DNA from: Oopsacas minuta | Taxonomy: Eukaryota > Animalia > Porifera | Direction: 5' to 3' | Assembly (NCBI GenBank): GCA_024704765.1 | Contig: JAKMXF010000334.1 | Coordinates: forward strand, 186,001 to 250,000 | DNA: 64,000 nt | In this document: positions 15,401 to 27,521 of the stretch, one piece after another | Numbering within the stretch: position 1 is the stretch's first letter | Layout of the letters: each line of letters begins with the position of its first letter | Notes under the pieces: model-generated | Seen by the model: only the letters and a program-made list of their open reading frames with translations | Told to the model about the DNA's origin: nothing | The model's database searches: none | Made by a program: the position numbers and the translations under genes

Positions 15401-18400
15401 CTATTGGTATAGAACAAATACGTTTATTCTGATTTACACTGTCCCATGGTGTTTCATAGAAATTCCTTGCCAACTCAATTTCATCTCCGTGGAAGTAGAG
15501 TGACTCATCTTCTCTGTCCTGGTTTACTAGCATTACGATTGATTTTCCTCTGAAGGGCCATTTCGCATTTTTATCCCCCCCGGATTTTAGTGTGCTTACT
15601 TTAACATGCGCTTTAGCATCTTCTATACTTATAGAACATTTGAATATGTAGCCTTCCAATGAGAATGTTGGACTCTCATATAAAGTAGTGTCTGAAGCAA
15701 ATCCTGATATTTTCCAGCGTAATCTTGAACCTGCGAGTGATGTCATGAATACGTTATTCAAATGACGTATTTTGTTACTAAGCTTATTATTCTGTTTTGT
15801 GAGTTCTTCAATCTGTGCAGACCTGTGTTTATCAACTTCTTCAAGTTGACATATCCTCTCCATGATATCAGTCTGTGTCGAGGCTATGTACTCGCTTAAT
15901 AACGCTGTGTGTAATTCATTGTTTATTCTCATATGATCCTTCACTTCATCTTTCTTCAGTTGAATGGCACTACAGCCATATTGTGCGTATGTACAAGGCA
16001 ATGACCTTTCTGAGCATTCAGTTTTTAAGTGGAACTCCATGTTAATTTTCTTCACCTGCATGCCGCATGAATTACAATCCATTTTTGTGTTTTCACATTC
16101 ATTAAGATGCTGTATTAACAGGGTAGGGCTTACCAGTTTATCACAGAATTCACAATTTACAGGTCTCATAGTACATTCAATGTTGATGTGTTGCAAAGCG
16201 CTTTTTCTCTGATGAATTACTCCACAGTCTAGAGAACATTCTATCTGATAGCAAGGACATTCATCTACATGCTGCGAAATTTCACATATCTTCCCATTCC
16301 AATCACATCCTCTTTTTTGTAATGGACATTTCACGTTAAGTTCTAGAACTGATTTCCTTGCAGCAACTAAGTTCTGATAAGGATTTTGTGGATTTTCAAT
16401 ACACATAAAGCAAACCTGTAATAAACCTTCATTCGTAGAGCAAGCCTCCCGCATAATGCCTTTACACTTGTTACAGGCTAAAAAGCTATCTTCTATTGGT
16501 GTGAGCTGTGTAGTGAGTAGCTCCCTCTTGAACCCATTGAATCCGTCCTCTGTTTGTATGTAGAGGAGTTTCTCTCTTACATCAGGTTTTTGCATTCAAG
16601 CTAAGAATAAAATACAATAGATTGTATCATATACTATTTTAATGCCTGTAATACAAGTACAGGTAAACCATATAAGGCGTATCTTATTCCACCGAATTCC
16701 TATGGATTAATACACTGTACCTAACCTCCGAAATGAGGCACAAGCGGTCTCCCGATAAAGCTACACGTTGGATTATTACCTGTACTGATAATTTACAATA
16801 TACAAATACTAAAAGCTCTTAAACTCAGTCAATACTGCTTATATCGTTAAACAAAACCCATCCGAAGTGCGAATTTTGAAATTTGCGGACAGTCTAGTAC
16901 CTTCGCGAAACAATGTAGATAACAATCACATGTAAGTAGAATTTGATGTGTCCGAATTTTAAAACCCAAATTAGTATCAAATTTACGGGTCTGACTGAAT
17001 GGTGGAATTTCTGAATTTTCGTAGAAATGACTGATTGGTGAAAGTAGTGGAATTTCTAAAAGTGACTGAATAGTTTAAAATTGCTTATAATATGCTGCTG
17101 TTATTCATTTGTGCTTGTTTTGTTACCCCATTACCTAATTCCATGTGGTTCCACAATTTATATTATAAGCAATTTTTCACCATTCAGTCAGACCCAAATT
17201 TACTGATGCTATATCCTGAGATTATTGTTAAAATATTAATTTTGTGTATATTACCTTTTTTAATATTCATTATCTATACCTATGACATTTGTGAATATAT
17301 CCAAGGTAAGCTTACCATGGCCTTACCTTTGTAGGTTATAATACCGTACATATGGGTAACTTGTATGTAATTACCCAGGACAATGATTCTCAACTAGTCT
17401 GCTTTGGAATACTTGTATATTTTAAGGGCTGCTAGGATTGGCTTAGAATACTTAAATCACACTAGCGCTTTATTGATATACCTCTGAGCAGCTGCAATTT
17501 ATAATCGCTATCTACACTTCGTGCCTTGGATTGGGCTTATAATAAATGTACAGTCGACAACTGTTAATTCGAATTCCAATTCGTATTAGTCGGACAAATG
17601 ACAACATGCTAACTCGAACAAATGTAGCGCCCCCAACAATATTATTTATTTGAATATATATACCGAATCTGATTTTCACACTTTGGAATTGATCATATGT
17701 AAATTTATTTGGTTTTTTAGTGTGCTTTCTATATACTACTATTTTTGAATACAGTATATGGTAAATAAATAGAAATTTACGTGAGACTTGTTCTTAAATC
17801 CCACATTTACTGTATGTGATTTTGAAATTCCAACAATATGACACTTACGTCATAATTTGTCTGTGTAAATTTCGTCCAAGACTCGAATCTGTCCGGCTTA
17901 GGCCTAAATATCCTTAAAACATCCCCGGGCCTTCCATTTTCTTCAATCAATTCAATTTATACAAATTACTTACATGCATATTTACACATTTGTAGAAAGC
18001 GAAGAAGAAGAAAGACCCTGACTGCCCTAAAAAGCCAGTGAGTGCATACATGATTTGGTTCAATGAACAGAGGAAGAACATAATGGAGAAATATGAGACT
18101 AATTTTATTGAGACTAGTAAAAAAGGAGGTGAACTGTGGGGCTCTATGACTGGAGACGAGAAACAGGTAATTGAATATAAAATTATACTGAGTAATACCA
18201 TTCAAGGAGCTATCATAAATATCTCCTACGTAATTATTCAGGCATTTACTACTCATGTGACGCTTGTGGCACAAGTTACTTAAATATAACTTTTTCAATA
18301 TACTCAAAATGTTTTATGATTTGAAGTTTGATACAACACCTTACAAACCAAGTAAGAATAACAAATCATATGTTCTTACAGGTTTATGTGAAAAAATATG

Positions 18401-21400
18401 AAGCGTTGAAAGTGATATATCAAGAAGAAATGAAAGAGTATAAAGCTAAAGGAGGAGGAGCAGATTCTGTTACGAGGTTAGGATTAAATTTATTGAGCTA
18501 TAGCTAATCCAGAAATCGTAATCTGACCTTTTCTATCCTTATTTTATGAGAGAAGTCAATCCAATGATTTGAATCCTTTCCCGAAATAACTAGCCTCTCC
18601 TAACGACTTTTATCTATAAAATGATTCTATGAGTATGATATCTCTTGATAGGAAACATACATACAGTTAGTAAGAAAATTAACCTCAAATTTAGTTCCCT
18701 CAAAACTTTGAGAATATCTTTGATTACTACGAATTCCTGAAAAGAGAAACAAAGTCCCTTATTTTTGCATTGACAGGATTCTACCATACTTCATTATTTT
18801 GATTTTTCTAACTTTAGTCCGAAACAGAGCATATCAAAATCAGGGTCAAGCGTCACTTCAAAGAGTTCTAGAAAGCGCCACTCTCCGCAGAAGGGCACTC
18901 CAAATAAGAAATTCAAAAGTAAAGAATTTATCGATACAGAAGATGAATCTTCTTCTGCAGAAGACCAGCGTAAGAAGAAGCAGGGACCCAAACAGACTAA
19001 ATTATTTCAAAAAGTGAAGAAGGAGAACCCCCGTAAAGAATCCAGGTATACCAGTACCTCTATAAGTGGGGAGTACGGGGCAGGCGAAATTACTGATAAT
19101 TCCAATTACAATTATGGCTAAAACCACTTGCAGACAATTATAACTTTCGACCAACTATCTCCAACTACTGTTCCTTCCATGATTTAGGTTTCGAATAGGA
19201 CATCCAGTTGGCCCAACTAAAATATAATCCAAATTTCCTAATGATATTCATATGAACCTTTTGGATCAACTACCATGGAGTTACAGTGTAACGGGCATGG
19301 TCCACTGGAACCTCCGCAAGCGGAGTGCCAGGGCCGCTACCCCGTTTGTGGAGGTTCATTTGTATGGGACTTGGAATTCGCTCTTATTCATTTTTCACCC
19401 CGTTTTAGAATATCCACGTTCCACAGGCCCTGTTTTGGAGGTTACAGTGTATTGTTAATTTTGAATTATAAATTATGAGAACCGGGCAAATTCTGAGTAC
19501 AGGCACCCTCCAAATGGCAATGCCCTAAGATATATCCCATTTATGAATCATTGGTTGTTGCCTTTGATAATTTTTCATTATCAGCATCGGTATGATCAAT
19601 GGTAGGATGTGACAATATTACATATTTACAAAACAACTCACCAATGTAGGTTGATCTTCTATTCAATTATTCTCCTAGCAATATAACTGTAGAATTGAAA
19701 TACGTACATAGATAACTGCCAATAGTTCACTGAGCTTATTTATATAATTCCTTTATACAATTTGGTAATTTAATATTATTTGATTATACTTGTATAATAA
19801 TTATACAACTGTGAGGTATCCATTACAGACACGAATAACTCTTAGCTGCAGTATATCAAAACTATTGTTTCGTTTAGCGGAGAAGAGATGGACACTGGAG
19901 AACCTAAATCCAAACCCTTTCCAAAACCTACTTCATCTCGTGGTCGCTCAACACGATCTAGAGCTACTGAGGAAGAATTAGTGAGTTTACTTGATATGCC
20001 TACAAATATAATATTTGAATTATAATTAATTATTTAAAGAAAAGTGCTATCAAATTTGAATACTTTCCCGTTCTATTTCGAACATTTTTACGGTAGAACT
20101 CGGATAAGACCTACCCCATCGGGGAACAAAATTTGTACGTATGTATGTACGTTGTATGTACCTTACGTCTATCCGAATATGGAATGTTACAGGAATGGGA
20201 AAATGCTGTTAACAGCAACAATTTTCCAAGCAACCAACAGTTAAGCTTTGCAGTTTTCTGAGATTTTAAACAAATTATTGCAGCAATGGCATACTAGTTC
20301 TAACCGCTAACAACCAAATTGAGCTCTTATATGGATATACAGGCCATGACAAGCAGTTTTCAATTGTTCGAGTTGGCCTCTAAATATCTATGAGGCACCT
20401 AAGTTGTTCGGATTACTAATACAGTCCAAATGTTGGTTTTGTTGAAACCTGACCAGTCGAATCGCCTCCTATGACCATGAGATAGACAAATGGAAATTAT
20501 TAATAACGGCTCCTGGATTAGAGCGAATAACAATTAATATAAATTTGTGACTCCTGACAGATATATTGTACGTTGTGTAAATAGTAAATACTGAGTACGC
20601 GTAGTATTATAATTAAACCACAATTACTAATAAATATTAAGAAACAAGAGATATTTGAGATTAGAGCCTCTGTAGACAATTCTTCACCTACAGGTCTCCA
20701 ACTGTAATATAGCCAGAGTCTTCTATGAATATACGTAATCAAAAGGGACGGAATATTAGACACAGCCCATGTCATGTCTCACAAACTGTTTCGATTAAAT
20801 TTCCAAACGTGTCAAAAACTTTGATGGAATTATCCCAGAAATCGCATATGTAGATTCTCCCTTCATTTGTGATAGAATTATAGAACAGATTGAAGTGGTA
20901 TGCTCCTACTATCTGATCTTCTGTGAGTATGGATATTGTGTGTTTTCCTTGTAGAGAGAACAATTGGAGAGGAGAGGAAGATCCCGTGAAGAGACAGAAT
21001 ACACAAGGGCCAGCAACTTTCATTTCTTATAGCCATGGATACTTATTCCTCTTTTTGATATGCAGGACGGGATTGAGAGGATACTCATGTTCTACGCTGA
21101 GAGGATCTAGTTGCATACGGGTGAGACTTGCCTTGAGTATCCCAACATACAAATACTCATAGAAAGATGAAGTGCAACAAGCCTGTGGTATAGAGATGTT
21201 ATGTACAAGTTTAATGTCAGATATATTATCTTTCCACGTTAAGCTGAATTGTGCTAATTTACTTGAATAGCACACGAATACGAACGGTTCGAAGTATGTC
21301 AGTGAGACAGGGGTATTTGCTAAATGAGGATAATGATCCGATCCTATAGCTGCTAGATCATTAGCTCTGTAGAATGAGACGGAATCACCGTATCTATCCG

Positions 21401-23477
21401 CTACTATTATGTTATCCTCAACCACAATTACAGCAGCTGGAGTGTCTAATTGGAGTCCCTCAACTCCTCTATCAACACCTGATGCTACGGGGATGTTCCT
21501 CTCTTCTTTGGGTAGAGCAATCTTCATGGGATAGTACTAATGGTGATGGAAAATGAAGGATGTCTATCCTGTTGTCGAAATAGTGACGAATAGCTCTGAG
21601 CACGATGTCATATATTATCTTCAACAAGTTATCGTCCTTATTCTTCCTGACGAGATATTCTAATGACTTACCGTCTCTGTACAACATGGAAAGTAACATT
21701 CGTCTCAATTATTGCATACCTATCCTCTATCCATTTTCATTTCTCTTCTATATCATCAGCATTCCTTGATTCCAACCTATCTCTTGCTATTGCATATTCC
21801 ATATCGAGTCTGTTCATCCTAGTGTCATATCCCTGACGTGATACCCCCGGGAAACAGGTCTCTCAGACGGATTCACTGGTTTCATGCCTTCCTTTATTTC
21901 AGGATCTACATAGAAGATGAATTCTCCTTCAATTATGTGTGACATTCTCTTCTGCATCAAAATTGAACACCAAGGTTCTGGTATGGGATAGGTTCTCATT
22001 TTAGGATTCAGCCTTTAGTCGTTTTCTCAGAGATTCCTATCTCTTCACAATCACATCCTCGATCTGTTTTGAGAATTCAGAAATTCTGGAAAACACTCTG
22101 AATTACATTGATCTTATCTTCAGCTGTCTCCTTCCACATGATCAGGCCGTTTAGAGAGTATAAGGAATGTTCTGCTAGTGTCCTCTCTATGTAGAATAGG
22201 CTGTTTTTGATATCTATCAGGAGAATCTCATCAATGAAAAGTAAAGCTATAATCTGTAAATGCTGGTCGTATCGCTCGGTCAATGAATCTTTGGTAGGGA
22301 CAGGGAGTGTGCTCACTAGCGATTCTAATTTCAAACTCTTGGCATAAATGTGATAGATCTGCTAATAATTTGACTGTCAACTTTATATAATCTGAAGATA
22401 TTGATTCTATTTCATAGACTAAGTTACGTAATACAGCAGTCTCTTCTTCCAAATGCTCATCAGAAGTTATTGGTGTTTACTGACTCATGTTTGTTGCCAT
22501 TTCAAATATGCTTTTCTGTTAGTTTATATTTTAGGTAATATAGTTTGTAGTTGTTCTTTTTATAGAAATATCCTTTCATTATATTTTGTATGGTAATTGA
22601 GTTATAATTTCTATGTGAAGTAATGTGTTTAATAATATTAATCGATCGACACAATTAGAGACAGAATTACAGAAATGTTTCATTATAAAACTGAAAGATA
22701 GAAAAATGAAATTGATGGAAAAGTTTGAATTATCAGTTTCTGCGTCCATGTTTAGCCCTAATTATCAGCTAATCTAATCTCTAAGACTACAGTAGACTCC
22801 GTTTAATAGAGTCACACCGGGACCAGGCCACTTTGACCGATTAAGCGGAATAAAGGTGTTGGCCCGATACAACACATTTATTCCATGTTGTATCGAGACA
22901 ACCCAAGAGTACACGGTCTCTCTCTCTGACAAATTTTCAGTTAGAAAATCTATCCTATAACCTCGAAATTTTCCTCCTTCCCCTCTGGCCAAAAGCAAAT
23001 CTGTTCCGATTTCGGGCACCTTCTCATCTCGTTTTTGATAATTGCTAACACACATGCACGTACATATAATCAATTGTTATGTATTTGGCTATATGGCATG
23101 CTATGAAAATTAATACCAAATACTTGATAATATCGACTTTGTTAAGTTTCACTTATTAGTATAGCTAGATTTAACCATATTTTTTATCGTTATAGCAAGC
23201 GTTACCAAGCGGGAGTGACTACGAAGAGAGCATAGCTTCCCTGGATTCAGAAGACAAGAGTAGTAACTCAGATAGCTCTGATACAGATGGTAAGAGTGAC
23301 TGACAACTTCAAGCCTTAGTTCTCACTTCAAAGTTTAAATTAGTGCACTTTTTATGTCAAATTGTTCTTTCCATTCTAGATTGATTGTTTATTAATTAAT
23401 AGTGATTTGTCTTAAATTTTATTTTAATTAAATAATTGAATCTAATATTTCTAACTAACTGCCTCTCTGTAGGTTGA
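427..23477 (+). CDS. SSRP1: FACT complex subunit SSRP1, 16 visible exons, 5' exon(s) not identified in the window. Exons: 427-612, 1228-1333, 1900-2090, 4534-4628, 9876-10145, 10984-11310, 11473-11542, 11886-11991, 13927-13972, 14278-14440, 17996-18166, 18382-18476, 18818-19045, 19878-19980, 23196-23289, 23473-23477
   Basis: Hand-spliced with phase-compatible GT-AG junctions. Recognisable SSRP1 motifs: GKLKL..TGKVD..HKFDGF, KGWNWG, EMRFHIP, CLTPRGKY, LDPPIRHGQTRY, GLLYPLEKAFLFIHKP, HMG box KDPDCPKKPVSAYMIW, FKSKEFI, acidic tail ending SDTDG*. Confidence 0.95.
2579..3674 (-). CDS. MRPL2: Mitochondrial ribosomal protein uL2m (MRPL2), last two exons 3674-3516 and 2959-2579; upstream exon(s) unresolved (candidate ATG mini-exon 4259-4249). 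Nested antisense in an SSRP1 intron
   Basis: Spliced product ..RSGYVALVARGRETFQIMANEEMK/VGDT..GNTYPLSSIPDG..NLEVTPGGGGKIGRGAG..VKLPSG..CKATVGAVGN..LGKAG..KSFVTI* follows the uL2 C-terminal half and the short mitochondrial-type C-terminus; phase-0 GT-AG intron 3515-2960. Confidence 0.85.
5167..6951 (-). CDS. Coiled-coil + NHL/beta-propeller protein (TRIM-NHL-like, no RING/B-box), two exons 6951-6682 and 6177-5167
   Basis: Exon 1 is helical (FDSLIRSLKDRRTSLLNTL), donor CAG|gtagtc; acceptor ttctag|GAAGGA continues in frame into the 316-aa ORF with NHL-like blades (DPFGIGHTSLDQLVIANTARH, PKSLAVDGNDCIYT). Confidence 0.75.
7511..7598. repeat. 41-bp tandem duplication
   Basis: ACTRTGGTTGATGTTTTCTTATTCCCTAAATATCAGCATTT x2 plus a partial third copy. 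Confidence 0.9.
8170..9400 (-). pseudogene. Frameshifted coiled-coil + NHL-repeat pseudogene
   Basis: Consecutive fragments in different frames (9434-9192, 9342-8959, 8869-8678, 8639-8388) give the family pattern (LIERRDALLHQL; FGQDILKRPYGIV; VFVANSAKHRVSIF; HPHDVKLT); downstream CLDLAGNIIISDYNHYSIKIFT*SGEFIRSIG has an in-frame stop. Confidence 0.8.
12054..12192. mobile_element. pogo/Tigger-like MITE (family also at about 773-940, 11334-11419, 13593-13671, 23640-23812)
   Basis: TIR CARTGGAACCTCGTTAATA, TA flanks. Confidence 0.8.
14089..14219. repeat. 35-bp minisatellite, about 3.7 copies, in an SSRP1 intron
   Basis: Unit AATACTGATACTATTTGGTTCTCTAACCGAATATG; period confirmed by TACTGATACT at 14091 and 14161. 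Confidence 0.95.
15327..16595 (-). CDS. TRAF-like protein (degenerate RING, TRAF zinc fingers, coiled coil, MATH), single coding exon
   Basis: 422-aa ORF; CPLQKRGCDWNG, CPCYQIECSLDC, repeated C-x2-C..H..C fingers, MATH motifs WKISGF, YESPTFSLEGY, KWPFRG..LVNQ. Confidence 0.9.
   Translation of the reverse strand: MQKPDVREKLLYIQTEDGFNGFKRELLTTQLTPIEDSFLACNKCKGIMREACSTNEGLLQVCFMCIENPQNPYQNLVAARKSVLELNVKCPLQKRGCDWNGKICEISQHVDECPCYQIECSLDCGVIHQRKSALQHINIECTMRPVNCEFCDKLVSPTLLIQHLNECENTKMDCNSCGMQVKKINMEFHLKTECSERSLPCTYAQYGCSAIQLKKDEVKDHMRINNELHTALLSEYIASTQTDIMERICQLEEVDKHRSAQIEELTKQNNKLSNKIRHLNNVFMTSLAGSRLRWKISGFASDTTLYESPTFSLEGYIFKCSISIEDAKAHVKVSTLKSGGDKNAKWPFRGKSIVMLVNQDREDESLYFHGDEIELARNFYETPWDSVNQNKRICSIPIASVIRDPFCKKGTVMIYVLVQSLA
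20700..22500 (-). pseudogene. Heavily disrupted NHL-repeat pseudogene with a long N-terminal region
   Basis: ATG GCA ACA AAC ATG AGT CAG TAA early stop at about 22500, then at least six fragments in shifting frames; C-terminal fragments are NHL-like (LDTPAAVIVVEDNIIVADRYGDSVSFY; GRIYICDFWDNSIKVFDTFGNLI). Confidence 0.7.
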
Positions 23478-24620
23478 GGTGATTCACTTTGAAATATTTA
23501 CACCAAATCAGGTTGATTTTGCTCCGGATAAGAAGTACAAATTTCGAAGGTCCGCTCGTGTTCATATTAATTAACGAGGATCTACTGTATTTTGATGTTT
23601 CGCTTACATGAGAAAAAATTTAGAATTTTATTGGGTTAAGGTGGAACCTCCACAAGTGGGGTCTCTTGAATCGGGAATTACTTAACAGCGGAGGTAAATA
23701 TGGTTCAATCTCATTATTAATTATAAGCGAATTACCCTCTGTAGGCAGGGAATTGGGATGCGGGGTGCCAAATCTTGAGAACCCAACCTCCCCGCTTCGG
23801 GAGGTTCCACTATACAATAGTTCTGATTATTTCAGAGAAAACCGACTTATTTCAATTGTGATTTTGAAATTATCTTGAGATTCCAAATTGTATAGGAGCA
23901 TTTCAAAACGTTTGTTGCCTGAATATGAAATATCTAAGTGAAGTGTACTGTTTTGGGTGTTTCGTAGCCTTTAGTTCTTTTATTAACATATTTAAAATTA
24001 TTGTAATTTATTCAACACTTGGCTACCATGGCAAATATGAAAACTTTACTTAACAATTAATACCAGTCTTTGCTATTGTTTAGTTGTTTCCCTGCTGGTA
24101 ACTAGTGTATATTTAAATTGTTGGTTTAAGTAAACATGATAAGATCATTCCTTCCTATTGAATTGTGATCTCATTGCCTGCTTCCAGCTGCCTGGGGTAC
24201 GGATGAAATTCGTTTGTATTGTGTATGGGTTTAAGCGATAATCATTTCTTATTAATTCAAAGTCAAAGTTAAGATTCCTTTTGTTGTGATTGGCATATTT
24301 TATATTCATCCTATTGGAGATAGAGATATCAATTTTAGTATATTTCTTGTACTTTTCATTTAATCTGTATTATGTTTGAGTTTAACAATTTGGCACCAGA
24401 AATGGAGGTCTAATATTCTTTGTATTTCCCTTCAAATTGGCTTCTGGTTTGGATATCATCTAGCATTGTAGTAGAGCTAAATTCTTTGAATATTCTATGA
24501 TTAGAATTTCGATGATAAGAATGATGAGAATTACTGTGATAGAATTATTACGAGGTAAGAGTTTGTCTTCTCACGGTTATAATTCATTATTGAAAATTAA
24601 TGTAAATTAATAGAGATGTA

Positions 24621-25973
24621 CAGTGCCGGTCAAAAAGAATTGCTCAAAATGAATGTATACAGTATAGTAAATGTCAAATTGTATACACTGACCAGATAGT
24701 TGAATTCTTGCGAAACCATACTCAGCCGTATGTATTTTGACAAGTAACACACCAACACAGCTAATCCATTCATTATATTTGCACAACTTACAGTTTTTAT
24801 TTTGTATTCTTTTTTTTCCAATTTATCTGTTTTTATCGAATTTTCAATGCCTTCTAAACCCCGAATTTCCATTGAAAATCGAGCCAACCTGATCCTACTT
24901 TCAGAAAGTGGCCATACTCAGAGGGAGGTAGCTAAAATGGTTGGGTGTAGCCAAAAAAGTGTAGCCGAGATCCTTAAGAAACACAGGCTGACTGGCACGG
25001 TAAGAGACCTCGCTATTCCGGGTAGGCCTCGTGTCACAACCAAAAGGCAAGACAATTTATTGGTCAGAAAATGCAAAAAGGATCGATTTAAGACTGCTAC
25101 TCAGATCAAAGCTGAAGTGTTATCAGAATATTCGATAAAACTTTCCACTTCAACAGTTCAGAGAAGGTTACGAGGGGCTGGACTGTTCGGACGAAAACCG
25201 CGAAGGAAGCCCCGCCTTACTACCAAGCACAAAAGAGACCGACTTTCCTTCGCAAGATCGCACAAGAATTGGAATACTGAAGAATGGGAAAGAGTTGTGT
25301 TCAGTGACGAATCTAGGTTCCTTCTGTATACTAATGACGGGAGAGCCTACGTCAGGAGGATGAAAGGGGAGGAGTTCTCAGAGAGGTGTCTTCAAAAAAC
25401 TTGCAAGTTTGGTGGAGGTGGCATCATGGTTGGGGATGCTTTTGCTGGAGTGGCGTAGGACTCTTGTGGAAAGTATCCGGGAACCTCAAGACAAATTCCT
25501 ACATTGATATATTGGAAAATGCACTAATCCCAAGCGTTGATTTGCATTCTCTACATTCTGACTGGACCTTTCAGCAAGACAACGCCCCATGCCATAAGTC
25601 AAAGGGTACTAAGCAATGGTTTGGTGAGCAAAAAATAGAGGTTATGAATTGGCCTGCTCAGTCACCTGATCTAAATCCGATTGAGAATCTCTGGGATCAC
25701 ATTTCCCTCAGAATTCAAGAGAAAAGCCCATCCAACCACTCAGAGTTGTGGAATGCCATATTAAGCACTTGGGATAGCATCGACATTAACAGGCTCCATA
25801 CTCTAATTGAGAGTTGCCGCAAAGATGTAAAGCTGTAATTCAAGCAAGAGGAGGTACTACTAAATACTAACAACAATTTACTTGATTATAATAAAGCATT
25901 ATTGTTAAAATCAGTCATAGATATAAGAATTTGGGGTAAATTTATTCTGAGCAATTCTTTTTGACCGGCACTG
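24621..25973 (+). mobile_element. Tc1-family (DD34E) DNA transposon, full length (1353 bp)
   Basis: Perfect 26-bp TIRs CAGTGCCGGTCAAAAAGAATTGCTCA, TA on both sides, internal transposase. Confidence 0.97.
24847..25870 (+). pseudogene. Tc1 transposase with two 1-bp deletions (about 25431 and 25814)
   Basis: Paired-like HTH (GHTQREVAKMVGCSQKSV, GRPRVTT), FSDESRF, QQDNAPCH..SPDLNPIE (34 residues between D and E); adding one base at each site restores GGGIMVWGCF and ESMPQRCKAVIQARGGTTKY*. Confidence 0.92.
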
Positions 25974-27521
25974 TATACGTACGTTGAATTGTATTGCAAC
26001 TTCCAAGAGAACCGTCTCCAAGGTTCCTTTATTACACGTTATTCCCCACTTTCTTCATTGTCATATACGAGAGTGTACCATACTCTATGGCAACTTTGTC
26101 ACATGCAGCATGTTTTTAATGAAACTTGGCGATCTGAAAATAGAATTTGTTCTAATTTCCATGCGATTAGGAATATATCTATTTGAAGTTTGTTGAAATT
26201 CGGGCAATGGGGTGGGTTCCCAATGCTAAAAGGGGGGTGTGAAGGGTCCGTTAGAAAATCACTGAGAAATACAATAATTGAGTTATATGTGTGTGTAAGG
26301 AGATCAATACAGATCAAATAGTATTTTAATTACACAGCCAAAGCGACAAAAATACCGACAGACACAAAACAGTTTTACAAAAACTGTCAATAACAAAAGT
26401 TGCTGCTTATGCTTTGCTTGACTAGATATCCAAGCTATTGCGTTTCACTGCAACAATCTGATCTCCTTTACTGTATTTCAAACCATGATTTACACAATTA
26501 GATAATTCTCTGTTAGCCTACTAACATAGAAATACATACATACCGACCAAATGAAAGAAAACAGCAAGGGAAGGGGGCAGAAGGTTCTTTTTTATCAGGA
26601 CATGGGAAATGTTAGAGAGACGAAACATATTAGTTTAGCCTCGGCATAGCTTACTATGGTTTCGTTTCCCAAAAAGCTGGATAAACACTCTTTTAGCACT
26701 GTTTGGCACGCAAAAGTTGTCTGAAAAATCGGAACGTGCAGTTGGTAGTATGAAATTAATTGCATCCACTCTATGACACTCAATCATTGACTTAATCCTT
26801 TTGAAAAGCATTCACCCTATCCCTTATGCCACTCATTAATATTTTTGGGAATCTATATTATCCTTCAAATTGTGTCTTCATTAGTTCAGGGCCCCCGGCT
26901 AATGTTTTGCGAGTATTTCAAAAGAGAACGTGGGAAACTCGTCTTGAAATACATTATTGTTCCAGCAAAAAAGACAAGTTCAGTTGCTTGCACTGCTTCA
27001 CGGATATTGTAGTTGGTATTTAGTATAGTATAATCACATGTTTATACGATCTTCACACTTAAAAATAAATATTTTTGCAATTATTGCTGCCAAATATCCT
27101 TACAATCTCCGCACACTATTGTGGGATAAATTATAATTATTCTGGTGACTCCGCTCTGAATTTACCAATCATAAGCTCGCCTAATTATGATAGCAATAAT
27201 ATAATATACGCAAAAACTGGCTAGACTTTGCTGACTAAAACTCCTCCATGTCTGGTAAGAACGGATATCTCATGGCTCCACTTGAACTACCAATAGAATC
27301 AAAGAATGAATGACACACGAATCTATGTTTTCTACTTTTGTTTATTTCCCAAGAGAGCATTTGTAAACTCTGCTACCTACATGGCTATCTTCTATCAGAT
27401 TTACTATAAAATGGACTATATCGGTTTTACTAACAAGTTTTCGGAATAATACTAATAGTAATTCAGTACAGAGACAAGTTTCATTATCTGATTAACATTT
27501 ACAAGCAATTACAGGAATAGA

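Noticed and set aside
19252-19478. ORFs 19252-19458 and 19275-19478 inside an SSRP1 intron
   Set aside because: Overlap a degenerate GGAACCTCC..GGAGGTTC MITE; no protein motifs.
24847-25870. Programmed ribosomal frameshifting in the Tc1 transposase
   Set aside because: No slippery heptamer or downstream structure seen; Tc1 transposases are single ORFs; simple deletions explain it.
26560-26830. Decayed hAT dimerisation-domain remnant on the minus strand (..FCVPNSAKRVF..)
   Set aside because: Resemblance is weak, needs several frameshifts, no TIRs found.
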